DNA from: an uncultured Sedimenticola sp.
Lineage (GTDB): Bacteria; Pseudomonadota; Gammaproteobacteria; Chromatiales; Chromatiaceae
Reading direction: 5' to 3'
Assembly (NCBI GenBank): GCA_964522855.1
Contig: CAZFXI010000003.1
Span: 4,265-68,264, forward strand
Length of the DNA stretch: 64,000 bases
The notes under the pieces are model-generated. The model was given only the letters and a program-made list of their open reading frames with translations. It made no database searches and was not told the origin of the DNA. This document shows, one piece after another, positions 1-13,981 of this stretch. The number at the start of each line of letters is the position of its first letter. Position 1 is the stretch's first letter. The position numbers and the translations under genes were made by a program.

Positions 1-60
1 CTGCCAGGCATCGCGCTGACTGGCGATGATGCGCTGACGTTGCTGCGGGTTGATGGCCAA
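1..60 (-). CDS. possible 5' end of a gene downstream of gatB, running off the window (TTG start, MAINPQQRQRIIASQRDAWQ...)
   Basis: Open frame of 20 codons beginning with TTG at 60, 2 nt after the gatB stop; too short to identify. Confidence 0.3.
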   Translation of the reverse strand, partial: MAINPQQRQRIIASQRDAWQ

Positions 61-62
61 GC

Positions 63-1508
<1,446 letters not shown>

Positions 1509-1522
1509 AGCGTATGTCCTGC

Positions 1523-2986
1523 TCAGTAGCCGGAAGGTGTCTGTAGATGCCAGTCGCTGATCTGCTGCAGTTGATGCGCCAGTGCCAGCAACTTCCCTTC
1601 TTCGAAGTAATTGCCGATAAGCTGCAGGCCGGCGGGCAAGCGGTCCACCATGGGGGCGGGCAGCGACATGGCGGGCAGCCCCGCGAGGTTCACAGCGATG
1701 GTGTAGATGTCCGACAGGTACATGGACACGGGATCGTCGGATTTCTCACCGATGCGGAAGGCCGTGTCGGGTGAAGCCGGGCCGAGCAGTATATCCACCT
1801 CGCCGAAGGCCTTGCGGAAATCGTCGGCGATGACCTGGCGCACCTTCTGGGCTTTGAGGTAATAGGCATCGTAGTAACCGGCTGAAAGGGCATAGGCGCC
1901 GATCATGATGCGGCGTTTTACTTCGGGCCCGAAGCCTTCGCCGCGGGAGCGTTTGTACAGGTCTTCCAGGTCTGCCGGATCGTCACAGCGGTAGCCGAAG
2001 CGCACCCCGTCGAAGCGGGAGAGGTTGGAAGAGCATTCCGCCGGGGCCACAACATAATAGGCAGGCACGGAATAGCGGGAGTTGGGCAGGGAAACCTCGA
2101 CCATCTCCACGCCCAGGGTTTTCAGGCTTTCGATGGCGGTCTGCATGGAGGCGTTCATGCCGTCGCTAAGCCCTTCCTCGAAGAATTCCTTCACGATGCC
2201 GACCTTCAAGCCTTTGAGCGGCTGGTTCAGCTGGTCCACATAGTCGTCTACCGGGCGATCCACGCAGGTGGAATCACGCTCGTCGAAACCGGCCATGGCC
2301 GACAGCAGGTAGGCGGCGTCTTCGGCGCTACGGGTCATGGGGCCGGCCTGGTCCAGGCTGGATGCGAAGGCGATCATGCCATAGCGTGACACCCGCCCGT
2401 AGGTAGGCTTGAGGCCGGTGATGCCGCACAGGGCAGCGGGCTGGCGAATGGAACCGCCGGTGTCCGTGCCGGTAGCCGCCACGCCCAGTCGTGCCGCCAC
2501 GCCAGCCGCCGAGCCGCCGGAAGAGCCACCGGGCACACGTTCGGTATCCCAGGGGTTTTTCACCGGGCCGTAGAAGCTGGTTTCGTTGGAAGAGCCCATG
2601 GCGAACTCGTCCATGTTGGTCTTGCCCAGCATCACCACGCCTGCCTCCCTGAGCCTTGTCACCACGGTGGCGTCGTAGGGTGAGATGAAGTTGTCCAGCA
2701 TGCGTGAGCCGCAGCTGGTTTTCACGCCTTCGGTGCAGAAGATGTCCTTGTGCAGGATGGGGATGCCGGTGAGTGGCTCGGCGTCTGCGGCTGCGATGCG
2801 CTCGTCCGCCGCCTGCGCCTGTGCCAGCGCCTGTTCCTCCGTGACGGTCAAAATGGCGTTGAGCTCGCCGTCGAACTGCTGGATGCGGTCGAGGAAATGC
2901 CGGGTCAGCTCCACGCTGCTGAAATCACCGGCCCGCAGGCCAGCCGACAGCTCGGCGATGGATTTGAGATGCAGGTCAGTCATCAT
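1523..2986 (-). CDS. gatA: amidotransferase subunit A (amidase signature)
   Basis: [36 protein letters not shown] amidase motifs; between gatC and gatB. Confidence 0.98.
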   Translation of the reverse strand: MMTDLHLKSIAELSAGLRAGDFSSVELTRHFLDRIQQFDGELNAILTVTEEQALAQAQAADERIAAADAEPLTGIPILHKDIFCTEGVKTSCGSRMLDNFISPYDATVVTRLREAGVVMLGKTNMDEFAMGSSNETSFYGPVKNPWDTERVPGGSSGGSAAGVAARLGVAATGTDTGGSIRQPAALCGITGLKPTYGRVSRYGMIAFASSLDQAGPMTRSAEDAAYLLSAMAGFDERDSTCVDRPVDDYVDQLNQPLKGLKVGIVKEFFEEGLSDGMNASMQTAIESLKTLGVEMVEVSLPNSRYSVPAYYVVAPAECSSNLSRFDGVRFGYRCDDPADLEDLYKRSRGEGFGPEVKRRIMIGAYALSAGYYDAYYLKAQKVRQVIADDFRKAFGEVDILLGPASPDTAFRIGEKSDDPVSMYLSDIYTIAVNLAGLPAMSLPAPMVDRLPAGLQLIGNYFEEGKLLALAHQLQQISDWHLQTPSGY

Positions 2987-3270
2987 TCGATCACTCTGGG
3001 TACGAGGTACAGGCCGTCCTGGGTGGCTGGCGCCACCGCCTGGTAGGCGTCACGGTGATTCTCTTCGGTGACCACATCCGGACGCAGCCGCTGGGGCATG
3101 TCCAGGGGATGGGCCATGGGCACAATCTCGCTGGTATCCAGTTCGGCCATGCGTTCCACCAGACCCAGGATGCCCGAGAGTTCGCTGTTCAGCGCGTCGA
3201 TCTCGTCGGCGGCAACCGCAATGCGGGCCAGATGGGCAATTTTTTCCACTTCTTCAGGTTCAAGGTCCAT
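2983..3270 (-). CDS. gatC: amidotransferase subunit C
   Basis: [11 protein letters not shown] ... LRPDVV ... YLVPRVIE; ATG at 3270 preferred over upstream GTG at 3282. Confidence 0.95.
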   Translation of the reverse strand: MDLEPEEVEKIAHLARIAVAADEIDALNSELSGILGLVERMAELDTSEIVPMAHPLDMPQRLRPDVVTEENHRDAYQAVAPATQDGLYLVPRVIE

Positions 3271-3582
3271 GCTTTTTTCCACGGCGGTACATCAAAGGAG
3301 GCAAAACTAGCATAAATCGGGCCGGAATTACATGCTGAAACCGGCCGAAAAAACTGCCTGCAGAAAAAAAACCGGCAGCCGCAGTTGCCGATGGCTTTCG
3401 ATTATCGACGGTAAATCAACAGACTAGGAGCTCCATCACAGTACAGGGTCGTGATATGGGGAATACAGCTCTTGCCCAAAGGTGGTGACAGTTGATAGAT
3501 TACCGCTCTTGAATCGGGAAAGGCCGTGGTTGTTCTATGGTTGATCCCTCCTAAAAATGTACCGGCAAGCAGACCGGGATAA

Positions 3583-4641
<1,059 letters not shown>

Positions 4642-4688
4642 CAGCAAGCTTTCAAGGTACGGAATAACGCAGCACAAGGAGCCCCGTC

Positions 4689-5591
4689 ATCAAGTTCATT
4701 TTTGCAGAAGGACCCTCGCAGGGTGCCCGCGTGATCGGGGCGATGATTCTGTCCATCCTGCTGATGGTGATGGATCACCGCTTTCACCAGACAGAGACCC
4801 TGCGCAGCACCCTTTCCGTGTTGACCTATCCCATACAGTTCCTCGCCGAGGCGCCCAGCAATATCGGCAGATGGGTGACTGAAACCCTGCAGACCCGCAG
4901 CGACTTGCAGATGGCCAATGAAAACCTCCACAAGGAAAATCTCAAGCTGAAATCGGAGTTGCAGCTGGTCGCTGCCTTGCAGGCAGAGAACGAGCGGCTG
5001 CGGGACTTGCTCGGTTCTGCCTACAAGATCGGCAACCGGGTGCTGGTGGCGGAGCTGTCCGCCATGGATCTCGATCCCTTCCGACAGCAGATCGTCATCG
5101 ACAAGGGCAGTCGATCCGGTGTCTTCGAGGGTCAGGCGGTGCTGGATGCCCACGCGGTGATGGGACAGGTGATTCATGTCAGTCCACTGGATGCCACGGT
5201 GTTGCTGATCACCGATGTGGAACATGCCCTCCCGGTCCAGGTGTTACGCAATGGCTTGCGCACCATTGCCGTAGGCAGTGGCAGCATCAATCAACTGGAC
5301 ATGCCCTATCTGCCTAACAATGCCGATATCCGCCCGGATGATCTGTTGGTCACGTCCGGTCTTGGCGGAAAGTTTCCGCCGGGTTATCCCGTGGCCAAGG
5401 TGACCGAAGTAAAGCGGGAACCGGGAAAGCCCTTTGCCACCGTACTTGCCCGCCCCCTGGCACAGCTGGATCGCACACGCGAGGCGTTGCTGGTGTGGGA
5501 GGTCACTATCCCACCGGAATTTCCGGAAGAAGAGCAAGCCGCTCCTGCCTCAGGCCGGACAGAGTCCGGAACCGAGGTGACCGCGCCATGA
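4689..5591 (+). CDS. mreC: rod shape-determining protein MreC (probable ATC start at 4689; first standard start is GTG 4731)
   Basis: N-terminal TM, coiled coil, LVTSGLGGKFPPGYPVAKV. The in-frame upstream extension (I)KFIFAEGPSQGAR matches the usual MreC N-terminus and has AAGGAG 7 nt upstream. Confidence 0.95.
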   Translation: MKFIFAEGPSQGARVIGAMILSILLMVMDHRFHQTETLRSTLSVLTYPIQFLAEAPSNIGRWVTETLQTRSDLQMANENLHKENLKLKSELQLVAALQAENERLRDLLGSAYKIGNRVLVAELSAMDLDPFRQQIVIDKGSRSGVFEGQAVLDAHAVMGQVIHVSPLDATVLLITDVEHALPVQVLRNGLRTIAVGSGSINQLDMPYLPNNADIRPDDLLVTSGLGGKFPPGYPVAKVTEVKREPGKPFATVLARPLAQLDRTREALLVWEVTIPPEFPEEEQAAPASGRTESGTEVTAP

Positions 5592-6076
5592 GTCCCGAAG
5601 CGCCTCACGGCAGATCGATCATCATCGTCACCCTCATCATCAGCCTGGTGTTGAGTGTCTTGCCCATGCCGGAAAATCTGCAGTACTACCGGCTGCAATG
5701 GGCCGCACTGGTGCTGATCTACTGGTGCATGGCATTGCCGGAGCGCGTGGGTGTAGGCATCGGTTTTTTTGTGGGCCTGTTGCTGGATATTCTGACCGGC
5801 ACCTTGCTGGGGCAGCATGCGTTTGGGCTCTCCGTGATCAGTTTTATCACCGTGAAGACGCACAAGCGGGTACGCGTGTTTCCGCTATGGCAGCAATCGG
5901 TGTTCGTGGCGCTGCTGCTGTACGTGGATCGGCTGCTGTTCTTCTGGGTGGACGGCACCATAGGCCGCCCGGCGGGCATGCTTGAGTCCTGGGTTGCGCC
6001 CCTGCTTGGGGGATTGATTTGGCCCTGGTTGTTCATCATCTTCCGGGATTTGAGACGGCGCTTCCATGTCAGGTAA
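5588..6076 (+). CDS. mreD: rod shape-determining protein MreD
   Basis: Hydrophobic multi-TM protein, LVLIYWCMALPERVG, GLLLDILTGTLLGQHA; ATG 5588 overlaps the mreC stop (ATGA). Confidence 0.95.
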   Translation: MSPEAPHGRSIIIVTLIISLVLSVLPMPENLQYYRLQWAALVLIYWCMALPERVGVGIGFFVGLLLDILTGTLLGQHAFGLSVISFITVKTHKRVRVFPLWQQSVFVALLLYVDRLLFFWVDGTIGRPAGMLESWVAPLLGGLIWPWLFIIFRDLRRRFHVR

Positions 6077-7958
6077 TCTGGATTTCAAGGATTATCGCCG
6101 TGAGGGCCGGCTGTTTACACACCGGGCCATTACCGCCGGATTGCTGGTTGTTATCCTGTTCGGCGGCATCGTCGGGCGCATGATTCACCTGCAGGTGCTC
6201 GATCATGAGCATTTCACCACCCTGGCTCAGGACAACCGGGTCAAGCTGATTCCCCTGCCGCCCACCAGGGGGCTGATCTATGACCGCAGGAACCGCCTGC
6301 TGGCCCTCAATCGGCCGGCATTCAACCTGGAAATAATACCGGAGGCGGTGCCGAATCTGGAGCAGGCGTTGGTTGAACTGGGCCAGCTGATTGAGATTCG
6401 TGATGTGGACAAGGAGCGGTTCTACAAACTCAAGCGCCAGAAGCGCCGTTTTGAAAGCATACCCATCAAGCTGGATATCTCCCAGGAGGAGGCGGCGCTG
6501 TTTGCGGTCAACGGTTACAAGTTTCCGGGTATCTCCATCAAGGCCCGACTGACACGCACCTACCCATTGAAAGACATCATGGCCCATGTGGTGGGCTATG
6601 TGGGGCGCATCAGCCTCGATGACCTCAAAACCATCGATGCATCGAACTACGCGGGCACCACCTATGTGGGCAAGACCGGGGTGGAAAAATCCTATGAAGA
6701 AATGCTGCATGGAAAAGTGGGGCTGCAGCAGGTGGAGGTCAATGCCCTGGGCAAGGCGGTGCGGGTGCTGCAGGAAACCCCACCCGTGCCGGGGCGCAGC
6801 CTGCGCCTGAATGTCGACGTCGATCTGCAGCAGGTGGCCCTGGAGGCCCTGGGCGATGTGAATGGCGCTGTGGTGGCCATCGACCCGAAAACAGGCGGGG
6901 TACTGGCCATGGTCAGCAAGCCGGGTTTTGATTCCAACCCGTTCGTGGAAGGGATCAGCTCCAAAGCCTATCAGGCATTGCAGCAGGACCCTGACAAACC
7001 GTTGTTCAATCGGGCTTTACAGGGGGCGTATCCGCCAGGTTCCACCATCAAGCCGTTCATGGGGCTGGCGGGCCTGGAGCTGACGTACATCGATACCCAC
7101 GAAAAAAAATACTGCCCGGGTTTTTTTCAACTGCCGGGACACGATCACAAGTACCGGGACTGGAAAAAAGGTGGGCATGGCCCCATGGATATCGATACGG
7201 CCATCACCCAGTCCTGTGATGTGTTCTTCTACAAGCTCGCACATGAAATTGGTATCGACAAATTGCAGAAGTATCTCAAGCAATTCCGTTTTGGCGAAAA
7301 AACCGGTATCGATCTGGTGGGTGAGCGGACAGGCATCCGGCCCTCCCGTGAATGGAAGCGCAGGCGCTACAAACAGGTGTGGTTTCCGGGAGAGACGGTC
7401 ATCATAGGTATCGGTCAGGGATCGTTCGAAGCCACGCCCCTGCAACTGGCGGCAGCCACGGCAGCCATCGCCAACGGCGGGCTTTATCATGCCCCCAGGC
7501 TGGTGGATGAAATCGTGGACGAGAACACGGGAGCGGTACATGCTGTAGAAGAAAAGGCATATCCCATTCCGATCAAGAATCCGGGTAACTGGGACAAGAT
7601 TCGTGACGCCATGACCCATGTGGTGGAAGGGGCAAGGGGCACCGCCCGACGCCTGAAGAATCCCTATTACCGTATTGCGGGAAAAACCGGGACGGCACAG
7701 GTGTTTACGGTAAAGCAGGACGAAGAGTATGAGGAAAGCAAGGTGTCAAAGAAAAACCGGGATCATGCCCTGTTTATCGCCTATGCGCCGGTGGAAGACC
7801 CGCAGATCGCCGTGGCGGTAATCGTGGAAAATGGTGGCCACGGTGGGTCAACAGCCGCACCGGTGGCAAAAAAGGTCATGGATGCCTGGTTGCTGGGAAG
7901 CGACAGCAAGGCATTCGTTCAGGCGCATACCAGTGCTGCCACCGGAGAAGCAAATTGA
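6066..7958 (+). CDS. mrdA: penicillin-binding protein 2
   Basis: SxxK (PPGSTIKP), SCD, KTGTAQ transpeptidase motifs; N-terminal TM; follows mreD. Confidence 0.97.
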   Translation: MSGNLDFKDYRREGRLFTHRAITAGLLVVILFGGIVGRMIHLQVLDHEHFTTLAQDNRVKLIPLPPTRGLIYDRRNRLLALNRPAFNLEIIPEAVPNLEQALVELGQLIEIRDVDKERFYKLKRQKRRFESIPIKLDISQEEAALFAVNGYKFPGISIKARLTRTYPLKDIMAHVVGYVGRISLDDLKTIDASNYAGTTYVGKTGVEKSYEEMLHGKVGLQQVEVNALGKAVRVLQETPPVPGRSLRLNVDVDLQQVALEALGDVNGAVVAIDPKTGGVLAMVSKPGFDSNPFVEGISSKAYQALQQDPDKPLFNRALQGAYPPGSTIKPFMGLAGLELTYIDTHEKKYCPGFFQLPGHDHKYRDWKKGGHGPMDIDTAITQSCDVFFYKLAHEIGIDKLQKYLKQFRFGEKTGIDLVGERTGIRPSREWKRRRYKQVWFPGETVIIGIGQGSFEATPLQLAAATAAIANGGLYHAPRLVDEIVDENTGAVHAVEEKAYPIPIKNPGNWDKIRDAMTHVVEGARGTARRLKNPYYRIAGKTGTAQVFTVKQDEEYEESKVSKKNRDHALFIAYAPVEDPQIAVAVIVENGGHGGSTAAPVAKKVMDAWLLGSDSKAFVQAHTSAATGEAN

Positions 7959-9094
7959 ATCCGGCCGGTCGCTCCCCGAGCGGTTTGCCGGCTACCGAGC
8001 CTGCCCGGCATCGGGGTATTCTGGCCCGCGTTCATCTGGATCTGCCCCTGCTTACGGGGCTGCTGCTGCTGTGTGGCTATGGCTTGGTGATCCTGTATTC
8101 GGCGTCTGGTGAAAACATGCATCAGGTGGAACGGCAGGCCATTCGCCTGCTCATCGCGTTTGGCGCCATGCTCTTTCTGGCCCAGGTGCCTCCCCTTACG
8201 CTGCGGCGCTGGAGTCCCTGGCTGTACGTTATTGGTGTCGGTCTGTTGCTGGCGGTGCTGGTTACCGGGGTTATTGGCAAGGGTGCCCAGCGCTGGCTGG
8301 ATCTGGGCTTCATGCGCTTCCAGCCAGCGGAGCTGGTGAAGCTGGCCGCGCCCATGATGCTGGCATGGTATCTGTCCAGCAAACCCCTGCCTCCCAGCTG
8401 GAAGTATCTGTTTGTCAGCCTGCTGCTGTTGCTGGTACCGGTGTTGATGATCGCCAAGCAACCCGATCTTGGTACGGCAATCCTGGTAGCCAGCAGCGGC
8501 TTGTTCGTCCTGTTTCTGGCCGGCATCAGTTGGCGTCTGATCATCGCCATGGGGCTGCTGGCTGCCGCCGCCGCGCCCGCCGCCTGGTATCTGATGCATG
8601 ATTACCAGCGAAAACGGGTGCTGACTTTCCTGAACCCGGAAAGTGATCCTCTGGGAGCCGGATACCATATCATCCAGTCCAAGATTGCCATCGGTTCCGG
8701 TGGTATCTATGGAAAAGGCTGGCTGAATGGCACCCAGTCGCAACTGGAATTTCTGCCAGAGCGACACACGGACTTCATCTTCGCCGTGCTGGGTGAGGAG
8801 TTCGGCCTGATGGGGGTTTTATTGCTGCTGGCGATCTTTTTGTTCATCATTCTGCGTGGGTTGTATATCGCATCCCAGGCGCAGGACAGCTACAGTCGCC
8901 TTTTGGCCGGGGCACTGATCCTGGTATTTTTTGTCTATCTGTTTGTCAACGCCGGCATGGTCAGCGGCATGTTGCCGGTGGTGGGCGTGCCCTTGCCCCT
9001 GGTGAGCTATGGTGGAACCTCGCTGGTGACCTTGATGGCCGGTTTCGGTATGCTCATGTCTATCCACACTCACAGGAAGCTGTTACCCAAATGA
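7955..9094 (+). CDS. rodA: SEDS family peptidoglycan polymerase RodA
   Basis: [44 protein letters not shown]; TTG start overlaps the mrdA stop. Confidence 0.97.
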   Translation: MNPAGRSPSGLPATEPARHRGILARVHLDLPLLTGLLLLCGYGLVILYSASGENMHQVERQAIRLLIAFGAMLFLAQVPPLTLRRWSPWLYVIGVGLLLAVLVTGVIGKGAQRWLDLGFMRFQPAELVKLAAPMMLAWYLSSKPLPPSWKYLFVSLLLLLVPVLMIAKQPDLGTAILVASSGLFVLFLAGISWRLIIAMGLLAAAAAPAAWYLMHDYQRKRVLTFLNPESDPLGAGYHIIQSKIAIGSGGIYGKGWLNGTQSQLEFLPERHTDFIFAVLGEEFGLMGVLLLLAIFLFIILRGLYIASQAQDSYSRLLAGALILVFFVYLFVNAGMVSGMLPVVGVPLPLVSYGGTSLVTLMAGFGMLMSIHTHRKLLPK

Positions 9095-10059
9095 AAACGA
9101 TACTCATGGTATTACTGCTGTTCAGCCTGCCTGTGTTTGCAAAAGGCAACCCTCAGGTGGAAAAATTCATTCAGCACATGGCCGATACCCAGGGCTTCGA
9201 TGCACAGGAGCTGCGCAAGGTGCTGGCCAAGGCCCGCAAACGCCAGGACATCATCGACAAGATGAACAAACCCGCGGAAAAAACCCTGAACTGGAGCCAG
9301 TACCGCAAGATTTTCCTGACGGACAAGCGCACCCGCCAGGGAGAGCGATTCTGGAAAAGGAATGCGCAGGCGCTGCGCAAGGCAGAAGCAGCCTATGGTG
9401 TGCCGCCGCAGTTCGTGGTGGCCATCATCGGTGTGGAAACCTTCTATGGGCGTATCGCGGGCAAGGACAAGGTGCTGGATGCCCTGTATACCCTGGCTTT
9501 TCACTATCCCAAACGCAGCAAATTCTTTATTGCGGAACTGGAGAAGTTTCTGATTCTTGCCAGGGAGGAAAAGCTGAATCCGACCGAGCCCAGGGGTTCT
9601 TATGCCGGAGCCATGGGGCTGGGACAGTTCATGCCCAGCAGCTACCTAGCCTATGCGGTGGATTTCGACGGGGATGGCAAACGCGATATCTGGAACAATG
9701 AAACTGACGCCATCGGCAGTGTGGCCAATTACTTCGCTCGTCACGGTTGGACAAAGGGGCTGCCGGTTACGGCGCCGATTCAATCCGTACCAAAAGACCC
9801 GAAAAAGTATCTGAAAGCGGGTTTGAAGCCCGCTTTCACCTTGGGTGAGTTCAAGCGGGCGGGCATGAAAGTGCCTGCCGGGCTGGATGACCGTCTGGAA
9901 GCCGCCCTGATCAAACTGGTTACAGACAAGGGTGCAGAATACTGGGCCGGGTTGAAGAACTTCTATGTCATCACCCGCTACAACCACAGTGAAATGTATG
10001 CCATGGTCGTATTTCAGTTAAGTGAACGTATCCATGAGATGGTCGAGAGCAAAAAATAG
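9091..10059 (+). CDS. mltB: lytic murein transglycosylase B
   Basis: IIGVETFYG (catalytic Glu), [25 protein letters not shown]-like loop, ITRYNHS; signal peptide. Confidence 0.95.
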   Translation: MKTILMVLLLFSLPVFAKGNPQVEKFIQHMADTQGFDAQELRKVLAKARKRQDIIDKMNKPAEKTLNWSQYRKIFLTDKRTRQGERFWKRNAQALRKAEAAYGVPPQFVVAIIGVETFYGRIAGKDKVLDALYTLAFHYPKRSKFFIAELEKFLILAREEKLNPTEPRGSYAGAMGLGQFMPSSYLAYAVDFDGDGKRDIWNNETDAIGSVANYFARHGWTKGLPVTAPIQSVPKDPKKYLKAGLKPAFTLGEFKRAGMKVPAGLDDRLEAALIKLVTDKGAEYWAGLKNFYVITRYNHSEMYAMVVFQLSERIHEMVESKK

Positions 10060-10840
10060 GTTTCTGGGTGGTTTCTGCTGCTTGGCTCTGTTGGGCGGTT
10101 GCAGCATCAAGACCAGCGAGTATCCGGATGAAGACTATGGGCCGGATGCGCCCGTGGATGTCAGCCATATCCCGGATGCGGTACCGCAGGATGTTCCGTA
10201 CAGCAAATATGGCAATCCTTCCAGTTACACGGTTCTCGGCAAGACCTACCATGTACTCAGGGATGCCACAGGTTATCGTGCCCGGGGGCTGGCTTCCTGG
10301 TATGGCAACAAGTTTCATGGCCGACGCACCTCCAGTGGCGAGCCTTACGATATGTATGCCATGACCGCAGCCCACAAGACCTTGCCCCTGCCCACCTGGG
10401 TGCGCGTGACCAATCTGGATAACAACAAGTCCGTGGTGGTGAAGGTTAATGATCGCGGCCCTTTCCATGCCGGGCGCATCATCGATCTGTCCTATACCGC
10501 GGCTTCCCGGCTGGGAGTGCTGGGGCGAGGGACTGCGCCCGTGGAAGTGGTTGCCATCACGCCGGAGCGCACTGGTGCACAAGCCCATAGCCGGCTTTTT
10601 GCCGATCAGTTTCCGGCATGGGTGCAGATCGGTGCATTTTCCAGCCAGGACAGTGCCCGACAGCTGCAGCAGCGTATGCGGGGGCTGGCCGATATGGCGG
10701 GAAAAGTAGCGCCACTGGATCAGCTGTCCGGGCGTATCTACCGGGTATGGCTGGGGCCGGTGACCGATGCCGTGCAGTTGCAGCAGCTCAGTGAAAAACT
10801 GCCTGAATGGGGCATCGAGTCCTACCACGTAGTACAATAA
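10022..10840 (+). CDS. rlpA: septal ring lytic transglycosylase lipoprotein RlpA (DPBB + SPOR)
   Basis: Lipobox [37 protein letters not shown]-terminal SPOR (VQIGAFS); start may be ATG 10034. Confidence 0.93.
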   Translation: MNVSMRWSRAKNRFLGGFCCLALLGGCSIKTSEYPDEDYGPDAPVDVSHIPDAVPQDVPYSKYGNPSSYTVLGKTYHVLRDATGYRARGLASWYGNKFHGRRTSSGEPYDMYAMTAAHKTLPLPTWVRVTNLDNNKSVVVKVNDRGPFHAGRIIDLSYTAASRLGVLGRGTAPVEVVAITPERTGAQAHSRLFADQFPAWVQIGAFSSQDSARQLQQRMRGLADMAGKVAPLDQLSGRIYRVWLGPVTDAVQLQQLSEKLPEWGIESYHVVQ

Positions 10841-10870
10841 GCCCTTCGTGTCTTCTTCCGGTCTGTATTC

Positions 10871-12013
10871 TTGTCCATGCGCTTGATAGTGAATAGCTTT
10901 CTGTGTTTTGTCCTGTTCCTGGCCACTGCCCTGGTGCAGGCGGCTCCCGTGCCTGCGCCACCCCGGATAACAGCCACGGGGCATCTGCTCATCGATTTCC
11001 ACAGTGGCGCCATACTGGCGGAGAACAATGCAGGAAAACGCCTGGAACCTGCCAGCCTGACCAAGATCATGACTGCCTACACGGTGTTCAAGGAACTGGA
11101 AGAAGGCAACATCACCCTTGATGATCAGGTGCTGGTGAGCAAGAAAGCGTGGAAGACACCGGGATCGCGCATGTTCATCGAAGTGGGCAAGCAGGTGTCT
11201 GTGGACGACCTCATTCACGGCATGATCATCGCTTCGGGAAACGATGCCTGCGTGGCGCTGGCGGAGCATGTGGCGGGTAGTGAAGCGGCCTTTGCCGCGC
11301 TGATGAACAAGCATGTGCTGGAACTGGCGATGGAAAATACCAACTTCACCAATTCCACCGGCCTGCCCGACCCAAATCACTACACCACGCCGGAAGATAT
11401 CCTCAAGGTCACCCGGGCGATCATCCGGGAATTCCCCCAGTTCTACCCGTTGTACTCCATCAAGGAATACACCTACAACGGCATCACGCAGAAGAATCGC
11501 AATCGCCTGTTGTGGCGCGATGCCAGCGTGGATGGGGTGAAGACCGGCCATACGGAGGCGGCGGGCTATTGTCTGGTAACCTCGGCCAAGCGAGACAATA
11601 TGCGGCTGCTGTCGGTGGTCATGGGTACTGCCAGTGATGACGCGCGTGCCAGGGAAAGCCAGACCCTGCTGAATTTCGGTTTCCGCTTCTACCAGACGCA
11701 TCGCCTGTTCAACGGCGGGCAGACATTGAAAAGCCCGCGAGTCTGGAAGGGTGAGACAGACAACCTGAGCCTGGGATTGGAAGAAGACCTGTATGTCACC
11801 ATTCCCAGAGGAAGCTATAGCAAGCTGGCAGCGAAAATCCGCATCCGGGACAGCATCATGGCGCCGGTGCCCCAGGGCAAGGTACTGGGGAAGATCCTCC
11901 TCGAACTCGATGGGGAGGTGATCAAGGAAGTCCCTCTGATTGCGCTACGTGGCGTGCGGGAAGGCGGCGTCATCCACAATCTGCTGGACAATGTGTTGAT
12001 GATCTTTCAATAG
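10871..12013 (+). CDS. dacA: D-alanyl-D-alanine carboxypeptidase (PBP5/6 family)
   Basis: PASLTKIMT (SxxK), SGNDA (SxN), KTGHT; the dacA versus dacC label cannot be resolved. Confidence 0.92.
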   Translation: MSMRLIVNSFLCFVLFLATALVQAAPVPAPPRITATGHLLIDFHSGAILAENNAGKRLEPASLTKIMTAYTVFKELEEGNITLDDQVLVSKKAWKTPGSRMFIEVGKQVSVDDLIHGMIIASGNDACVALAEHVAGSEAAFAALMNKHVLELAMENTNFTNSTGLPDPNHYTTPEDILKVTRAIIREFPQFYPLYSIKEYTYNGITQKNRNRLLWRDASVDGVKTGHTEAAGYCLVTSAKRDNMRLLSVVMGTASDDARARESQTLLNFGFRFYQTHRLFNGGQTLKSPRVWKGETDNLSLGLEEDLYVTIPRGSYSKLAAKIRIRDSIMAPVPQGKVLGKILLELDGEVIKEVPLIALRGVREGGVIHNLLDNVLMIFQ

Positions 12014-12084
12014 CCGGTGGCTTTAACATGTCTGAGCCGAACGCCACTTACTCAAGCGGGATCACTGTATGAAAACACGACTTT

Positions 12085-12164
12085 CGTCATTCTGGCACAG
12101 GCCAGAATCCAGAAACAACGCTGCTTATCAACCATCCTGGATCCCGACCTACGCCGGGATGACG
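12085..12164. repeat. inverted dimer of CGTC-tagged REP-like palindromes
   Basis: CGTC-attctggc-acag-gccagaat-ccag (12085-12112) and ctgg-atcccgac-ctac-gccgggat-GACG (12137-12164); each unit is a small palindrome and the two are mutually inverted. Confidence 0.75.
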
Positions 12165-12182
12165 GTTAAGTAAGCGCCCCCC

Positions 12183-13067
12183 ATGTCTGAACTGATTTAT
12201 CTTAACGGCAAATTCCTCCCCGAGGAAGATGCCTGCGTGCCGGTCATGGATCGCGGCTTTCTGTTTGGTGACGGTGTGTATGAAGTAATCCCCGCCTATG
12301 CCGGCCTGCCTTTTCGCTTGAATGAGCATTTGCAGCGCCTGGAAGCCAGTTTGCAGGGTATTCGCATGACTTCGCCTTTGGACGAAGACCAATGGCGCGA
12401 CTTGCTGCAGACGCTGTTGGCGCAACGGGGCAGCGCCGATCAACAGATCTACCTGCAGATCACCCGTGGTGCCTACGGCAAGCGCCTGCACGCCATTCCG
12501 GAGGCGGTCACGCCAACGGTAATGGCGTTCGCCACCGAACTGACCCAACGTGATCCACAACTGGTAAAGCAGGGCATGAGTGTCATCACCCTGGATGATA
12601 TCCGCTGGGAACGCTGTAACATCAAGGCCATTACCCTGCTGGCGAATATCCTGTCCCAGCAACAGGCGCGAGATGAAGGCGCCCATGAGGCCATCCTGGT
12701 GCGCGATGGCTTGGCCAACGAAGGCACGGCCTCCAACCTGTTCATCGTCAAGGATGATCTCATCATCACGCCGCCGAAAAGCCAGCATCTGCTGCCGGGC
12801 ATCACCCGCGATCTGGTGCTGGAGCTGGCCAGGGATGCCGGCCTGCCCTACGCCGAAGCCAGCATTTCAGTCATAGAGCTGGAGGACGCCGATGAAATCT
12901 GGATCACCAGCTCCACCAAGGAAGTGATGCCGGTCACGCGGTTGAACGGTAAACCGGTTGATAATGGTCATCCCGGCCCCATGTGGGAGAAAATGGACGC
13001 CTTGTATGGCGCCTGTAAGGCGCGTTTGCGTCTGCGAGAATCTCCACCGGACCACTGTTATGACTGA
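12183..13067 (+). CDS. dat: D-amino acid aminotransferase (PLP fold type IV)
   Basis: DRGFLFGDGVYEV, YLQITRG, IKAITLL (PLP Lys), EGTASN, LLPGITR; the dac-dat-ybeD-lipB context is typical. Confidence 0.88.
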   Translation: MSELIYLNGKFLPEEDACVPVMDRGFLFGDGVYEVIPAYAGLPFRLNEHLQRLEASLQGIRMTSPLDEDQWRDLLQTLLAQRGSADQQIYLQITRGAYGKRLHAIPEAVTPTVMAFATELTQRDPQLVKQGMSVITLDDIRWERCNIKAITLLANILSQQQARDEGAHEAILVRDGLANEGTASNLFIVKDDLIITPPKSQHLLPGITRDLVLELARDAGLPYAEASISVIELEDADEIWITSSTKEVMPVTRLNGKPVDNGHPGPMWEKMDALYGACKARLRLRESPPDHCYD

Positions 13068-13335
13068 AAGCAACAACGAACCACAAGGCATGGTGTACCC
13101 CTGCCGTTTCCGCATCAAGGCCATGGGCCTGGACGAAGACAATTTCGATGCCCTGGTGGTAGAAATCATCCGCCGCCATTGCCCGGATATCCATGAGGGT
13201 GCAGTGAGCCTCAAGCCCAGCAAGAACGGCAAATATGTATCTGTGAATGTGGATATCGAAGCGCAGAGCCGCGAGCATCTCGATGCCATCTATGATGATC
13301 TGACCGCCCATGAGCGGGTATTGATGCGACTCTGA
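13060..13335 (+). CDS. ybeD: YbeD/DUF493 family protein
   Basis: YPCRFRIKAMG, PSKNGKYVSV, IYDDLTAHERVLMRL; ATG 13060 overlaps the dat end; upstream of lipB. Confidence 0.92.
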   Translation: MTESNNEPQGMVYPCRFRIKAMGLDEDNFDALVVEIIRRHCPDIHEGAVSLKPSKNGKYVSVNVDIEAQSREHLDAIYDDLTAHERVLMRL

Positions 13336-13345
13336 TGGGCGGGGC

Positions 13346-13981
13346 ATGAATCCTGTCGTCATACGCTCCCTCGGTCTCAGGGACTATGTACAGACCTGGC
13401 AGGAGATGCGCGCCTTTACCGACAACCGCAGTTCACACACGCCCTCGGAAATCTGGTTGCTTGAGCATCCCCCGGTCTTCACTCAAGGGCAGGCAGGCAA
13501 GCCGGAACATGTGCTCGATCCCGGTGCGATTCCCGTGGTGCAAAGCGACCGCGGGGGACAGGTGACCTATCATGGCCCCGGGCAGCTCATCGTCTATCTG
13601 CTGCTGGACCTCAAGGCGATGAACAAAGGCATTCGCAGTCTGGTCAGCTGCATGGAAGATGCGGTCATCCGGCTGCTGGCAAACCATGGTGTTGTTGCCG
13701 TAGCCAGGTCCGATGCCCCCGGTGTCTATGTGGATGATAAAAAGATTGCGGCACTGGGTTTGCGAGTGCGCAAGGGGTACACTTATCACGGTTTGGCGCT
13801 GAATCTGGATATGGATCTTGCGCCTTACGAACGCATCAATCCCTGTGGTCATGCGGGCCAGGCGGTTACCCGGCTCAAGGATCTGGGTATCGAGCTGGAC
13901 ATGGCGCAGGCCGGCAGAGCGCTGGTCGATATTCTCTGCCGCGAACTTAACCTGCAACCCCAATGGACAGCCCATGAGTGA
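13346..13981 (+). CDS. lipB: lipoyl(octanoyl) transferase
   Basis: [41 protein letters not shown]. Confidence 0.97.
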   Translation: MNPVVIRSLGLRDYVQTWQEMRAFTDNRSSHTPSEIWLLEHPPVFTQGQAGKPEHVLDPGAIPVVQSDRGGQVTYHGPGQLIVYLLLDLKAMNKGIRSLVSCMEDAVIRLLANHGVVAVARSDAPGVYVDDKKIAALGLRVRKGYTYHGLALNLDMDLAPYERINPCGHAGQAVTRLKDLGIELDMAQAGRALVDILCRELNLQPQWTAHE

